Shown: positions 11,929 through 23,731, counted from the first letter of the stretch. The stretch is DNA of 64,000 nt from Selaginella moellendorffii (GCF_000143415.4 NW_003314308.1:886422-950421); one strand, 5' to 3'. A program made the numbers and translations. The notes: generated by a model from the letters alone, not told the origin.

Positions 11929-13790
11929 AGCGTGGCCACCCCCAGATGCTGAAATGGCGTTAATAGCTACTATTGAAGATACCCATGTTGGGCCGAGCTC
12001 ACAACCTGCACAAGGTAAGGTCACGTGAGGCCTCACGCCATTTTGATTATAGATCGTTGTGAATATTCAGACACGAGGACTGAAAAGCGCACTGGTGGCG
12101 CGTCGAAGAAGGACAAACAGACAAGCAATAGGAAAAAAGGAGGTACAAATTATATTTGCAATGGCGTGTGGTCTCATGCCATTCCTTGTAGGAGACACTT
12201 CTTCAAAGGCAAAACAGGCAAGCACCAGCCAAGCTCAAACTGACAGTGGTCATAAAAAGCGAAAGCACGTTGGACAGTCGTCGGGATCAGAGGCGTTTGA
12301 TTCGAAAAGGAAGAAGGGCAACGAAAAGATGATAGGTAATGCCTCGCGGTTATGGCGTGTGTGCGAAAGCAGCCAATCACCACCTCCTGACTCAGATTCC
12401 TATGGCGGACTCCCCTTCCCCAATCTCAATGGAGAGGTACAATGGATGAGGGATGCTTTTCAAGTCAGGGCCACGTTTTTCTCATCTCGTTGTCTTCGAA
12501 GGGTGCAAGAACGTGCAGAAACCATGTTAAAACGTCGGGTGAGGATACGGTCCTAGGTCACGCACTAAAATAGGCTATGGATGTCTTGTATTTTGAGATG
12601 GAGACTCGGCCAGATGATTTTCCCAAGATGGTCCTGGAAGAACAAGCCATCCAGCCTGAGCAGCCTATGGAAGAAATGCAGGAGGGGGATGAGGAGCCAG
12701 AGAAAGATAATGAGCAGGAAGAGCAGAAGGACGAAGAGGAGGACAAAGAAGAGGAGGACGAAGAAGAGGAGGACGAAGAGGACTTGGATGGTTCTCACAA
12801 TGGTGATGATCACAATAACGACGACGACGATGATGACGACGATGGCCAGCCTGAGGTGGCCAAAGAGCAGCGGAGGAAGGTCATACAAGACAAACCATCA
12901 GGTAAATAATAGTACATCCATTCCTAACCTTTTACCATTTCTAACATTGTCCATGTAGGTCGCAGAGCAAATGGTAAGTAGAGATTATTCAGTTGAATTA
13001 AGATACAAACTCTAGCCTTTAGTGTCAAGGAAGGATAGTGCCAAGCAAGGGTCGAAACGTATGTCCAATCCTTCAGAATCAGCAGTGTGCCCAAGTGATA
13101 TCGGTCCTAGTTCCTCAATAGCAGTTGATGGTAAATACAATATAGTCGATTCAATGTGCTAATGAGTTTGTTTTTAGTAGCCAATAGGGAGGATACCATC
13201 TCAATCGAAGGGAGATATTTGGACATGCATATGGATCCACCAGTGGACTCTACTTGCCTGCAAGAGTCATCAGAGCTGGTGCAGGCTACTATCCATATCA
13301 ACGCCAAGTAAGCTGACCACGCTCCACTTGATGCTGCCCATACCACTGAGTCAATCTTGTCCACGTATCCAACTGACGGTGACCAGGCGCCATTGGACCC
13401 GCATGAGGCCGCCCCAGCCGCCGAGCCGGTCGTATCCTCATTTCCAACGGACTCAACGTGTGCCCAATCGTCTGACTACGCGCTGTTGGAACCTCCCTAC
13501 ACCGCCCCTGTTGCCTGTTCGGTCATGTCCACTTTGCCAACGGAGGCACCAGCTGAAATGGCGTGTGATCACACGCCATCGGAACCACCCCATGCCACTA
13601 TTGAGCCAATTGTACCAGAGTCTACAGCTGAAATGGCATGTGCCCACACGCCATCGGATGCAATTGACCCCACATTGCAGAGGAGAGTATTTCCGCCCTT
13701 CACGTTTCCTCGACCAAAACCCTCTCAACGACCATCGGGTGCACCATTCGCTAATATTGTAGATGGTAAAATTGACTTGTACCATTTTTT
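11929..13790 (+). other. Further small exons of the cargo unit, including an Asp/Glu-rich tract (12577-12909) and a Pro/Ala/Thr-rich linker (13357-13797)
   Basis: GT-AG mini-introns at 12015-12070, 12143-12191 and 12902-12958. The acidic and low-complexity ORFs lie on the same strand. Confidence 0.5.
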
Positions 13791-14675
13791 ATGTTGACGC
13801 ATTTCATTTCAGAGTCACGGCGAAGGTACTGTATCGTTTTTTATCTGAATGGTGTCCTTTTCTCCCATGAGCGTGGCTCGTCCTCGAATGTCACTGCACC
13901 CTCCAAAGCCTGCGGTCGCAAGTTGGTCAAAAGAGACAGATTCACATTAATCACACGGGAGAAACTGCGGGATCTAATAATGACCATGCGACATTTAAAA
14001 CAGAGGTCCGGGTTCAATTTGGAATTGGGAGTTTGGACATCCATGATGCGCCACAATGCATTAACGTTGCTACAAATGATGCACGATCAGACGCGAGTAA
14101 TATTACCATTTGACTTTCTCCTAACGCAGGAGGATTGCTTGACTATGGTCCATGTGAGGGGTAGCAAGCCCATCTTCGTCAAGCCAGAGGCTGTAGTGAT
14201 GAACCGGACTGCTAGGTCAAGTGAAATCCTCATCATCGATGACTCGCCAATTAAAACTGCAGCAAACACGCACACATATGCAGTGCACCCCATCTCTTGC
14301 AGTATGGAAACTAGGGAGAAGAAACCATATGTTCTGGGGGACCTTGCAAAACGGCTTGGAGCGATGGTGATAGAGAACCGGCCAGTCCAGGAGGTGGCTG
14401 CAGAAATCAACCAAATGGCAGATGGAACGGTATATCAAAAGCCATTTGATCGGACAGACACCAGTCATCATTTATGGCATATATATTGTCTAGCCAAGCA
14501 CTATCCGCATCTCCATAATCTGCTCAACCGGATGGGTTCTTCGACCACTGAACATGAGCGTGGACGTATTAGAGAAGAGATGGCATTACTATTGGGTTTA
14601 AATCCTGATAGTGTGGATAGTGATGAAATTCCAAGATTATTGTATAAGCGTTGGAGGCAAAAAATAACAGTCTGA
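13791..14675 (+). CDS. FCP1/SCP (NIF) family HAD phosphatase-like domain; probably a terminal exon starting ~13813
   Basis: Motifs CIVFYLNGVL (DLNG-type motif I with Asp replaced by Tyr), LGVWTSMM..N, TQEDC, KPIFVK, ILIIDDSPIK..N..AVHP. Confidence 0.75.
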   Translation: MLTHFISESRRRYCIVFYLNGVLFSHERGSSSNVTAPSKACGRKLVKRDRFTLITREKLRDLIMTMRHLKQRSGFNLELGVWTSMMRHNALTLLQMMHDQTRVILPFDFLLTQEDCLTMVHVRGSKPIFVKPEAVVMNRTARSSEILIIDDSPIKTAANTHTYAVHPISCSMETREKKPYVLGDLAKRLGAMVIENRPVQEVAAEINQMADGTVYQKPFDRTDTSHHLWHIYCLAKHYPHLHNLLNRMGSSTTEHERGRIREEMALLLGLNPDSVDSDEIPRLLYKRWRQKITV

Positions 14676-15093
14676 GATGGCATGTATTTATTTAAAAATG
14701 TAACTTATTATGGCATGGGGTTCCATGCCATTGTATTAATATTAAAAGACAATTCTTTGAGAGGATTTGCATTATACTAGAAGTGTTACAACATGTTATT
14801 GGAAGTCTACGAAGTTGTTTTATTAATAAGGGGAAAGTAAAGATTGAATGGGGACTTGGGCTCCACCTAGATTCGGAGCAACTGAGCCAATATTAAAAGG
14901 ATGGAAAGAAATTGGACGACGATGACAAGGAGAAGAGAGAGGTGAAGCAGTGGCAGGGGGAGGAGAAGTGATTGAGTAGACATTTCCTTGTTTAAAATAA
15001 AATGGCATGTGCCTCAATGCAGTTGAATTTTGTTATATTTATATACTATATAAAGGTTTGGAAACTTTATTTTACAAGTGGGATAATGACAAT

Positions 15094-15118
15094 TCCCACT
15101 TTAACGAAATAGAGCTTC
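15094..15118 (-). repeat. Right terminal inverted repeat (TCCCACTTTAACGAAATAGAGCTTC on +)
   Basis: Reverse complement is GAAGCTCTATTTCGTTAAAGTGGGA, matching 1504-1528. Confidence 0.9.
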
Positions 15119-15579
15119 CTTGGGTTTGAATAGTACTGGGCTGAGTGACCTCCTAGGAAGTCCAAACTCAGGAGCTTACATTTGATATCAGAGCGGTCTC
15201 GGGTCCGACTCTGTTGGTTGGCTAGGGGAATCACACCACATATTGATTGACATCTAGCTGGTCCAGTTTGCTCCCATTGGGCTCGACCTGAGGGGTAGGG
15301 TGTCAAAAGAGCAGGGCTCTCAGGAGAGTTATGGCTCTCAGCTTCTGTTCACGAGTGCGTGAACTTGCAAGGAAGCGTGGTGGATTATAAGCAACTAAAG
15401 AGAACGACTTAAGAAACGATCCATGGGGTTCAAATATAGAGGGAAAGGGCCCATGAACAAGAGTGCACCCCCTTTTCCAATTGGTTAAGGGTCTTGGGAT
15501 ACTTGGGGTTAAGCGTCCTTAGGTTTGAATAGTACTGGGCTGGGTGATCTCCTAGGAAGTCCAAACTCAGGAGCTTACA
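15118..15579 (+). mobile_element. Cassandra-type TRIM carrying a 5S rRNA-derived core (copy A; 5' LTR truncated by the DNA transposon)
   Basis: 5' LTR remnant 15118-15180 ends CA. PBS-like TGATATCAGAGC at 15183-15194. ~120-bp internal region. PPT GAGGGGTAGGG at 15290-15300. 3' LTR TG(15301)...CA(15579). The LTR contains GTTAAGCGTCCTTAGGTTTGAATAGTACTGGGCTGGGTGATCTCCTAGGAAGTCC, resembling the 5S rRNA A-box/C-box region. Confidence 0.85.
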
Positions 15580-15688
15580 CCCTTTCCCTTTATATTTAAA
15601 CCCCATGGATCGTCTTTCACCCTACCCTTTGGGTCGAGCCCAGCCAAAGCATACTAGACTTGCTAGATGTTAATCAACATGTGGTGTC
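15580..15688 (-). mobile_element. Cassandra-type TRIM copy B, 3' part (internal region, PPT, start of 3' LTR)
   Basis: Reverse complement matches the copy A internal region (GCTAGATGT.AATCAA.ATGTGGTGT) and LTR segment GATCCATGGGGTT.AAATATA.AGGGAAAGGG. Confidence 0.75.
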
Positions 15689-18600
15689 TGTGAGACACAA
15701 AATCCCTAGGCCCCAAAGTGGAGCCGGAAGGTGGGGAGAGGGGGAGGACTGCAATGGAGCCAGTTTGGCCAGGAAAGGCCAGTTTGGCCCAGGAAGGCCA
15801 AACCCAGTGTTGGGTGATGAACTGACCACTAGGAAGTCCAAGACTAGAGTGAATACGGACTGACAAGCGGGGTAGCTTGGTGAAGTGTTCAAGAGCCGGC
15901 TCTAGTTCCCCCGAGAGATCGACTGGCCGATGCTCCCAGTCCAAGTGTGGGTGGCACTACCTACTTGGATACCAGGCGTGGCTCAACGGAACCTCGCTCT
16001 AAGCCCATGGCTAGAGCACCTAAAGGCGGAAGGTGGGGAGAGTATCCACGGGGCTTGTGTAGGCCCATGGTGTTCCGAAATGTTGTCCCGAAGTCCCAAA
16101 TGGGGGAAAGGAGGAGGAACAGTCCTCTAGTGTAGTGACTAAGGATACAGTCACTTGGTGAGGAAGTCCCAGAGGACCATGGGACTTAATGGTTGGGCCT
16201 GTGGGCCTTGATCTAGTGGCAGTGTTGGCGAACATGGCCATGGACAGAAAAGGGACTTGGTAGAAACTGACAAAGGGATATTGGGGAAGGCTATTCCCCA
16301 TGTCTGTGGGCATCCTAAGGATGCTAAGGAGTGCATTTGGGATGACCACTCATGGACAAATGGCCCAGTCTTGGAGAGACGGGATTATAATGCAAGTGGT
16401 ATTGGACCACTAGTGTGGCAAAGGTGAATGGGCATGGCCTTAGCGTAACGGGCCGATATGTCAATGGTACCTTTGGGTATCGGTCTTCGGACCGAACACG
16501 TGGAACACTTGGACTAAGTGCAAGGGAGGAGTGGTATGGATGCCATTCTCGGGGCTAGCAAGTCCCAAGTCCTGAATTGGACTTAAGGAGGTTGTGAATG
16601 AGACTCCTCCATGTGGTCGAAGGTGTGGTTAAGTGACTAAAGTAGAATGAAAAAATTAGTCGCTTACAACTTGGTATCGGAGCTGTTCCTTAGTCTGACT
16701 TTTATTGGTGCTCAAGTATATCACCATTGATGTTGGCATCAGAAGGTCCTAGGAGTGGGCCTATCCTTGAGGAGTAGCATGTCGAGAGGACATGGCTCTC
16801 CACTCAAGTTCATGTGTGAACTTGGGCACGGTGTAGTGGATAGGAAAGGGCCAATAATGGAACGACTTTGGGATCTTGGGAATAGTATAAGATTTCCTTA
16901 GAGAGCTGAGGATGTGATCCAGATGAGCATTTGACGCAGCAAAAGGGCTAACGTAGTTGTGGTAAACAACTATAGTTGGGATCACGGGAAAGATGTAGAC
17001 TCCAAAATAATAAAGGAGTCACAAGATTACCCTCATATAGTTGAGGCCAGTGCTCATAACTTTGAGACCGGAATTGATGACCATGGGAGGTCAAATACAG
17101 GAGAGGACACAAGTCCTCGAAATGGTATCCAAGGCTACCCTTGATAAATGCTGGAACAACCCAAGGAGTTAGGGATGTACTTAGAGGATGAGTTAGTATT
17201 CTCATCACATGGACAAGTGGTCCTAAGGGCAAAAGGTTGCCCCAAGGGAACAAATCAAGTGTCGGAGTAACACTTGCAAAGATGATCTTTGTGAGTAGGA
17301 CCTGAATACAAGAAGTTGTATTCCAGTGAGCTGGCACCTCAAAGGTAGGACATCATGGGTCGTCGGATGACAAAGTCCAAAAAGCTGGATGACTCAAATA
17401 GAGTCAAGGAATAATCCTGAAGGATTGATGGAAGCATTTGGATTGAGGTGTGTTGTACCTCACGTAGGATGGGGGGGATTATAGGATCCAAGTATGAGAA
17501 TAGAGGGTATCTCATCAATGGTAGAATGTGCCATGCTAAAGTTGTGGGAAAGATGTTCCCCCAAAAAAAAGCAACTTTGGCATAGAGTTGTGTGTGAACA
17601 CTATGGTGTAGTGCTAATGGATAGTTGGCATGAGGAACAACTATATTGGTCTTGGCAAAGACCTAGACACTAATAAGTAGTGTCATAAGGATAGACTCGG
17701 GGGCCTAATGGTGTGGAGACACCAAATGTGCCAAGGTGTGATACCTTGAGGTTATGTTGGTGGGTTCATGAGAACCCCTTGCCAAGGGAATCCCAACGGA
17801 AATAGGAATGGCATAGCCTAAGCTGGAAGGCATGCGATTGGAGTGTGGTGACCCAGATAATGGTGGAGGTGTGGAAGCACCAAGCAATGAGTTGTAGGAC
17901 TTGACAATTATGGGGCAACTAAGCAAGAGGTGCAAAGATAATTGGTTAAACTGTCAGAAGGTAGCTACCCAAGACTTCTTAATGGCATAAGGAAGTTAGA
18001 TATACCCTTACGAAGGATAAATTGCTTATGTTGCGATATAATAAGTCAATGTCATAAAAGGGAATGCTCATTGTTAAACAGGCCATCATTTGGGACACCA
18101 AAACACTCTAGGACACTAGGAGGTGGTGATTGATGTTGCAAGGGCAATAGATAAGGCCTAAGGGATTAAGTCCCTAGCGAATGATGGGTAGAAGGTGCTA
18201 TCCAAATGTCCAAGGTTACGGAGACGGGAGAAGACCGTTTACCCAAATTGGACAAAGCCAAAAATGGAATTTTGGCAAGGCTAGTGATGGGCATGTAAAG
18301 GCCCATAAGCAACAACATTAATCTTAGTGTGTGGGATTATAATGTGAGCATACCTGAATTGAGGAACCACTCCCTAGGCTATCGAGTAGGTTCATCCTTA
18401 AAAATACTTACTAAGGCATGATAGAAAGTGCAAAGCTATCCTCCTAGTCTGGAGGAGAATGACCGAAGGAAAGGTGTGAAGCCAAAAACAAGTAGTAAAG
18501 GGATAGAACCAAACCATAGAAATCGAAGGGTAAAAGCAAAGGTAGTTATGCCAGTTGGGAGTGGAGAATCAAGTGGGGGCTCGAGGGTGTTGTTGCTAGC

Positions 18601-21264
18601 AACCAGGATGCCATGGAGAGTCTAAAATATGGAATTGTCCATACTAGACTATATGGCAACTAAAAAGCTTGCGAAAAGAGAGGCCTTAGCAAGCTAAGGG
18701 ACAGAGTTCCTTCAAGGTTCCCAAAGACGATTCTAAGTAGCGTAGTACCTAAAAAGGCCAAGTGTAAATGGTTCATGGAATGCACGAAACCAAAGTGGCG
18801 CAGCAAAAGCGTGGTCTTGAAGCTTGCCATGAGGCAAGGCTATCAAGGTTAGGGAAGTAGCTCCCGAGTGTTCAAAGAGAGGGCTTTGAACGAAAGTCGA
18901 TGGTCAAGGACTTTCACGCTTATGCAGGAACCATGTTACGGTGGTCGGAGGACTTGCCAAGCGAGATTGGCAAGTCGGGGGAATAAATACCCTAGTTGAA
19001 GGTGATAACTTCAAAAGGGTGGGCCATGGGGCCAAGCATGGAGGAATCCATGCATGATCACAGACGTGTCAAGTGAGAGGACTTAGTAGTGTGGAGGAAC
19101 TAGGTTCCTAAGTTGTGATTTATAGAGCGTTTTGAGTAAAAGTTGGTGCACCGGCATGGGGAGTCACGCTAGGTATCTTGGATGATGCCTTCCGTAGATG
19201 CATATATAGAGGTTGGGTTCGAGTCCCAACCCTCTAGTGCTTGGGTTCGAGTCCCAAATCACTAGAGTGTGGTGATGGTTTGGAATATGAGGACATTCAT
19301 ATTTCGATGGTCATGGACTCTCAATGAGGAGATTGGCTTGGGCACACCGCCAAACGGGGGATGCCCCGGAGTCATGATGCACGGTTAGATTGCTTAGAGT
19401 GAAAGCTCGGCATATCTAACTTGAACACTTTAGTGCAAAGGGCACCAAGGACGTGGTGAATGAGATGGGGATACCCAGTCTCAGTTGTTATGGATCCTTG
19501 GCTGGAAGGGCTAGCTTGGACGCATCGCCAAGTGTGGGGGATGCCCCCGGGGTCATAGTCAACAACTTAGAAGGGTCTGGAAGACCTAGTTCCTATTGGT
19601 AGACCTATTAAAGGGTCAAGATGAGATCACTAGGTAATCTTGTGGCTAAACAAGGACAAAGTCTTTGTTTGGGTTAAGGAATATGATTCCTAGTTCAAAG
19701 TGTTGATTTGAACTATTGATAAAGGTGTGGTTTGGTCAAGGTAACTAAGTGGGAAGAACTCCTAAGGGAAATGAGCTATGTCAATGCTATGGCATAGTAA
19801 GTCCGAGGAAAGTAGTCTCTATAAGAGATCCAAAGGAGGGTCTCAAAAAGTTGGGCCGTGGATAGAGCCCATAGCAGAAAATGTTAAAAAGACATACTAG
19901 GGGTGAACACCCTCTGGACTTGGCAAAGCAAAGTGTTTGCCATGGAACCAAAAGGAAACCTAAAAAATAGAGGTAGCAATCCTATGTTGTTGAGTGCAAC
20001 AATCAAGGATAGGAGCAAAAGACTAGTGGCTAAGAAAAGAGCCATGGGAATCATGGGAAAAGATCCAAGTGGCAAAGTTAGGCCGAGAACACTAACGTGT
20101 TGGGTGCTAACGGATTGTGGGAAAGGCAACGTTTCCTTAAGGATGGATTCCTAATCGCTCCGATTTAGCGAAAGTGGATGCTCCAAAAGGGGGAGTGGTA
20201 AAGTAGCTAAGTAATAGGGCCGTGGGCAGCCCTAGCACCAATTATGATAACTGGAACTTAGTGCCAAATGTGGCACGATATCGAAGAGAGGATGATGGTA
20301 CCCTCAAGTAAAAAACTTCCTACCATAGGGAAGTGGAGTTGCACCATGTGCAACATAAGGTGTCGGAGACACCTAGGAAATTGACTCTGAGAAGTCAAAA
20401 TTAAAAGTTCCAAGGTGCAAAGGTTAGGTCAATGGAATCTGAGACTACTCGAGAATGAGTAATGGAATTGAGTTAGAGAGGGTGTCTCTAATGGGTTTAG
20501 CGAGAACTGAACAATTAAAAGGGAGCAAACCACCCCAGGTGGTCGAGTGAGTCTCTAGGTTGGAGAGACTATGCTCTTTAGAGGATGGACAAGGTATGAT
20601 GAGCCTTCGGGGTCAAACCATAGACAAATATTGACTGGGTGCCAAGGATGGAAATGGTAATATCTGCAGGTGTTACTTTATAAAAGGGTTTACCGTTCGA
20701 TGAGGACATCGAACTTCGTCTATGGGTGGTGGAGTTGTGAGACACAAAATCCCTAGGCCCCAAAGTGGAGCCGGAAGGTGGGGAGAGGGGGGGGACTGTA
20801 GTGGAGCTAGTTTGGCCAGGAAAGGCCAGTTTGGCCCAGGAAGGCCAAACCCAGTGTTGGGTGATGAACTGACCACTGGGAAGTCCAAGACTAGAGTGAA
20901 TACGGACCGACAAGCGGGGTAGCTTGGTGAAGTGTTCAAGAGCCGGCTCTAGTTCCCCCGGGAGATCAATTGGCCGATGCTCCCAGTCCAAGTGTGGGTG
21001 GCACTACCTACTTGGATACCAGGTGTGGCTCAACGGAACCTCGCTCTAAGCCCATGGCTAGAGCACCTAAAGGCGGAAGGTGGGGAGAGTACCCACGGGG
21101 CTCGCGTAGGCCCACGGTGTTCCGAAATGTTGTCCCGAAGTCCCAAATGGGGGAAAGGAGGAGGAACAGTCCTCTAGTGTAGTGACTAAGGATACAGTCA
21201 CTTGGTGAGGAAGTCCCAGAGGACCATGGGACTTAGTGGTTGGGCCTGTGGGCCTTGATCTAGT
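15689..21264 (+). mobile_element. Non-autonomous Ty3/Gypsy-derived LTR retrotransposon (LARD-like)
   Basis: 5' LTR TGTGAGAC(15689)...GCTTACA(16668). tRNA-Met PBS TGGTATCGGAGC at 16672-16683. ~4-kb internal region with no recognisable intact gag/pol ORF. PPT-like ATGGGTGGTGGAG, then 3' LTR from 20736, broken at 21264. Confidence 0.88.
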
Positions 21265-22419
21265 TGAGGACAATGAGAAAATCAATAAAAAGGTTTTCTT
21301 TACACAATATTTGTAACCATTTAGTTTTTCTTTCTGTAGGCTTAGAGTGAATCACATAGCAAAAGAGACATATGGAGAAGAAGCCACCATACCATACCAA
21401 AAAATGATAATTATTATGACAAAATGGAGTACAAAATAATGAAGAAAAGGTAATTTGATAGTGTTCAATTGTAGCTTAGTTGTATATATAGATTAATATT
21501 TCCTAGCTTAATTTTACAAATACAAAATGTAATTTTTAGAGCTCTTTGAAGTGTGTTTTTTCTATTAGAAGTGAACTAAACTATATATTTATTGCTATTG
21601 TTTTATAGGCATCCTTGCTAGCAAAGGAAAATATCAAGAAAATAGTACTTAATGCAAACCAAAATGTAGAAATAAAAACCTACACTACCACTAGCACAAA
21701 TGGTAGATGAAGAGTGAATGGCAAATGTGTCTAATAATACATATGGAAAGAAGGTTTATTACTTCTTATGTTATATGTATTAATTATGACTAACTTCTAT
21801 GGCTTATAGATTATATCCATGCCGGTAGAAGCCATCATTAACATGGTTGAAGATGCAGCAGCCACAAATACAATAAGGGACTCTTTGGTTGTATGTATTA
21901 TTGTATTATGTAATACTTTTATTTAGCTTTATAAGCAACATTGGCATAATTACAAGACAATGAAACAGTCTAGCAAATGTTCTTTTGCTAAAAAGATAAT
22001 GCTTAGAGAGGAGGTTTGCCTAATTTTTAGAGGACCTAAATTATACCACTTATCTTTCTCACCTAGAAAACAATATTATATTATGAGGTTCAATTATACA
22101 TATGCTAATATTAGTATAGTGGGATTTTGATAGTCATTAGATTAGTTTCAATCTAAACCACTCACTCATGTATAAAAGTTAATTAAATATGCACTTTTTT
22201 GTATTCCATTTCTATTTGCATTGTTTAATTTTCTCTTATTCCTAGAACTTTTTTATTTTTTCCCTTTTTTTCATTTTTCATTTTATTTATCTTCATGCTA
22301 TAACAACATACTCCTCCTTTGACTTTAGAGCAACAATTGAGGCAATTGTTTAATGCTAAATGGCTATAGTTGACCAACTACACTCAATTGATAGTAGCAT
22401 TCATGGCATATAGTGCAAC

Positions 22420-22900
22420 TTTTCTTACTTTTAGTGCTAATCCTCGTGTTCAGCCAAATTTCTTCCATGGGAATCCTAGGGATAATGTGTACTATTGGTT
22501 GCATAACTTTTCAATGATTATTATTTATCATTTTTGGGATGATGCCCGGTGTCTATACAAATTCCCCACATGTTTGCAATAAACTGTATTACAATGGTAT
22601 AATGGTTTGGGTGTAACCACTTATGTGGATTAGAGCCTTTTTCAAGTCATCTTAAAATATGCATTTAGATATGCTAATAACTATGATGATGCCTTCCAAC
22701 AATTCCATCATCTTTATCATAGGCTATTTGAGTTAGTTATACAATTTAGTGTTTGCTTTTAGAGTTTCTTGCTTTGTCTAGAGCAAAATATGTCAAAGCA
22801 GATCAAATTGGGTCTAATATTTCATCAAGATCTTGTGGAGTTTGTGCATGCACTTACCCTAACTACCTTTGATAATTCTTTAACTTGCACAATACAATGA
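22420..22900 (+). pseudogene. Degenerate retrotransposon gag fragment
   Basis: PNFFHGNPRDNVYYWLHNF...WDDARCLYKFPTCLQ*TVLQWYNGL matches the retrotransposon capsid pattern (P..F.G....V..W..., W.d, L...A.qWy). Multiple stops. Confidence 0.7.
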
Positions 22901-23731
22901 GATATCACTTCTCCCACTTGTAGTTATACATGCTTTAGCTTTGGTTCCTATGGGAGATGGTTTTATTCTGATGGAAGTTTGCTGTTGCTGCTCATGTTCA
23001 ATAACAAAGACAGAGATATGGTTGTGGCCATGATGCTCACTATTGAGTATGTGATGAGGTTAGCCACACATATTGTACTATCTACATTTTCCCAATTTAT
23101 ATTCTCCATTTCCTAAGTAGAAACCTTGGCATCAGCAACATCTTGTTAGTGCTATTACGGTGAAAGGTCTTGATATTAAAATTCTTCTAAGAAACAAGGA
23201 AGTGCATATGTAGTGGAGGGACCTTGTGTGAATTAGTCCGTAACTCCTTTATCCTTTAAGAATACTATCAAGGGGTTTATTGGGTACCAATTCATCCAGT
23301 GTTTACTTTTCAAGTTTAATTTTATATTATGAGGTTCACTGTTATCTTCTTTATGTTGGTTGATACAAATTTGAGTTTATCTTCTATTACTCAACTTGTT
23401 GCCACATATTGTTATTTATATTTGTGTTATATGATAGAATCAGTTTTCATTCTCTATAGCAACTACTATACACATGCTTGTGTATAAGATTGAGAAAAAC
23501 CTAGTTGTGTGGGTGATTTCGAGATTGCATTCCAATCTTTTAGGTGTTGGTAAGTCAATATTTTGACCTCATCCTTAGTATGGATTAATTGTAGTGCAAT
23601 CATACTAAATATAACTTTAAGGCTTCTCCCCCTTTTATCATACTCCTTTATATGTCTTCTATAGCATAGGGTGGTGTTGGACAAGGCATAATCCATCCAG
23701 AATGCCTGTAAAAAACCAAAGAAACACAATT

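Larger units (their letters stand above)
1731..15023. repeat. Dispersed 22-bp palindrome family ATGGCRTG-N6-CAYGCCAT (~30 copies)
   Basis: Copies start at about 2047, 2136, 2736, 2896, 3042, 4384, 4441, 5999, 6069, 6105, 6369, 7906, 8144, 9114, 9191, 9251, 10527, 12020, 12161, 13558, 13633 and 14710. More degenerate copies near 1731, 2545, 2657, 6275, 6981, 7056, 7986, 8278 and 15002. Confidence 0.95.
1504..15118. mobile_element. ~13.6-kb TIR DNA transposon with DUF7869-type (possibly Sola1-like) transposase and ParB/MTase-like + FCP1-like cargo
   Basis: 25-bp TIRs (1504-1528; 15094-15118, 24/25 match). Internal transposase frame. Element-restricted palindrome family. Both ends abruptly interrupt unrelated retroelement sequence. 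Confidence 0.85.

Noticed and set aside
1731-15023. CRISPR-like array formed by the 22-bp palindromes
   Set aside because: Spacing is irregular (tens to >1000 bp), copies sit in introns and exons, there are no cas genes, and the context is eukaryotic.
15508-15562. Bona fide 5S rRNA gene
   Set aside because: Only the ~55-bp internal control region is similar, and it is embedded in TRIM LTRs.
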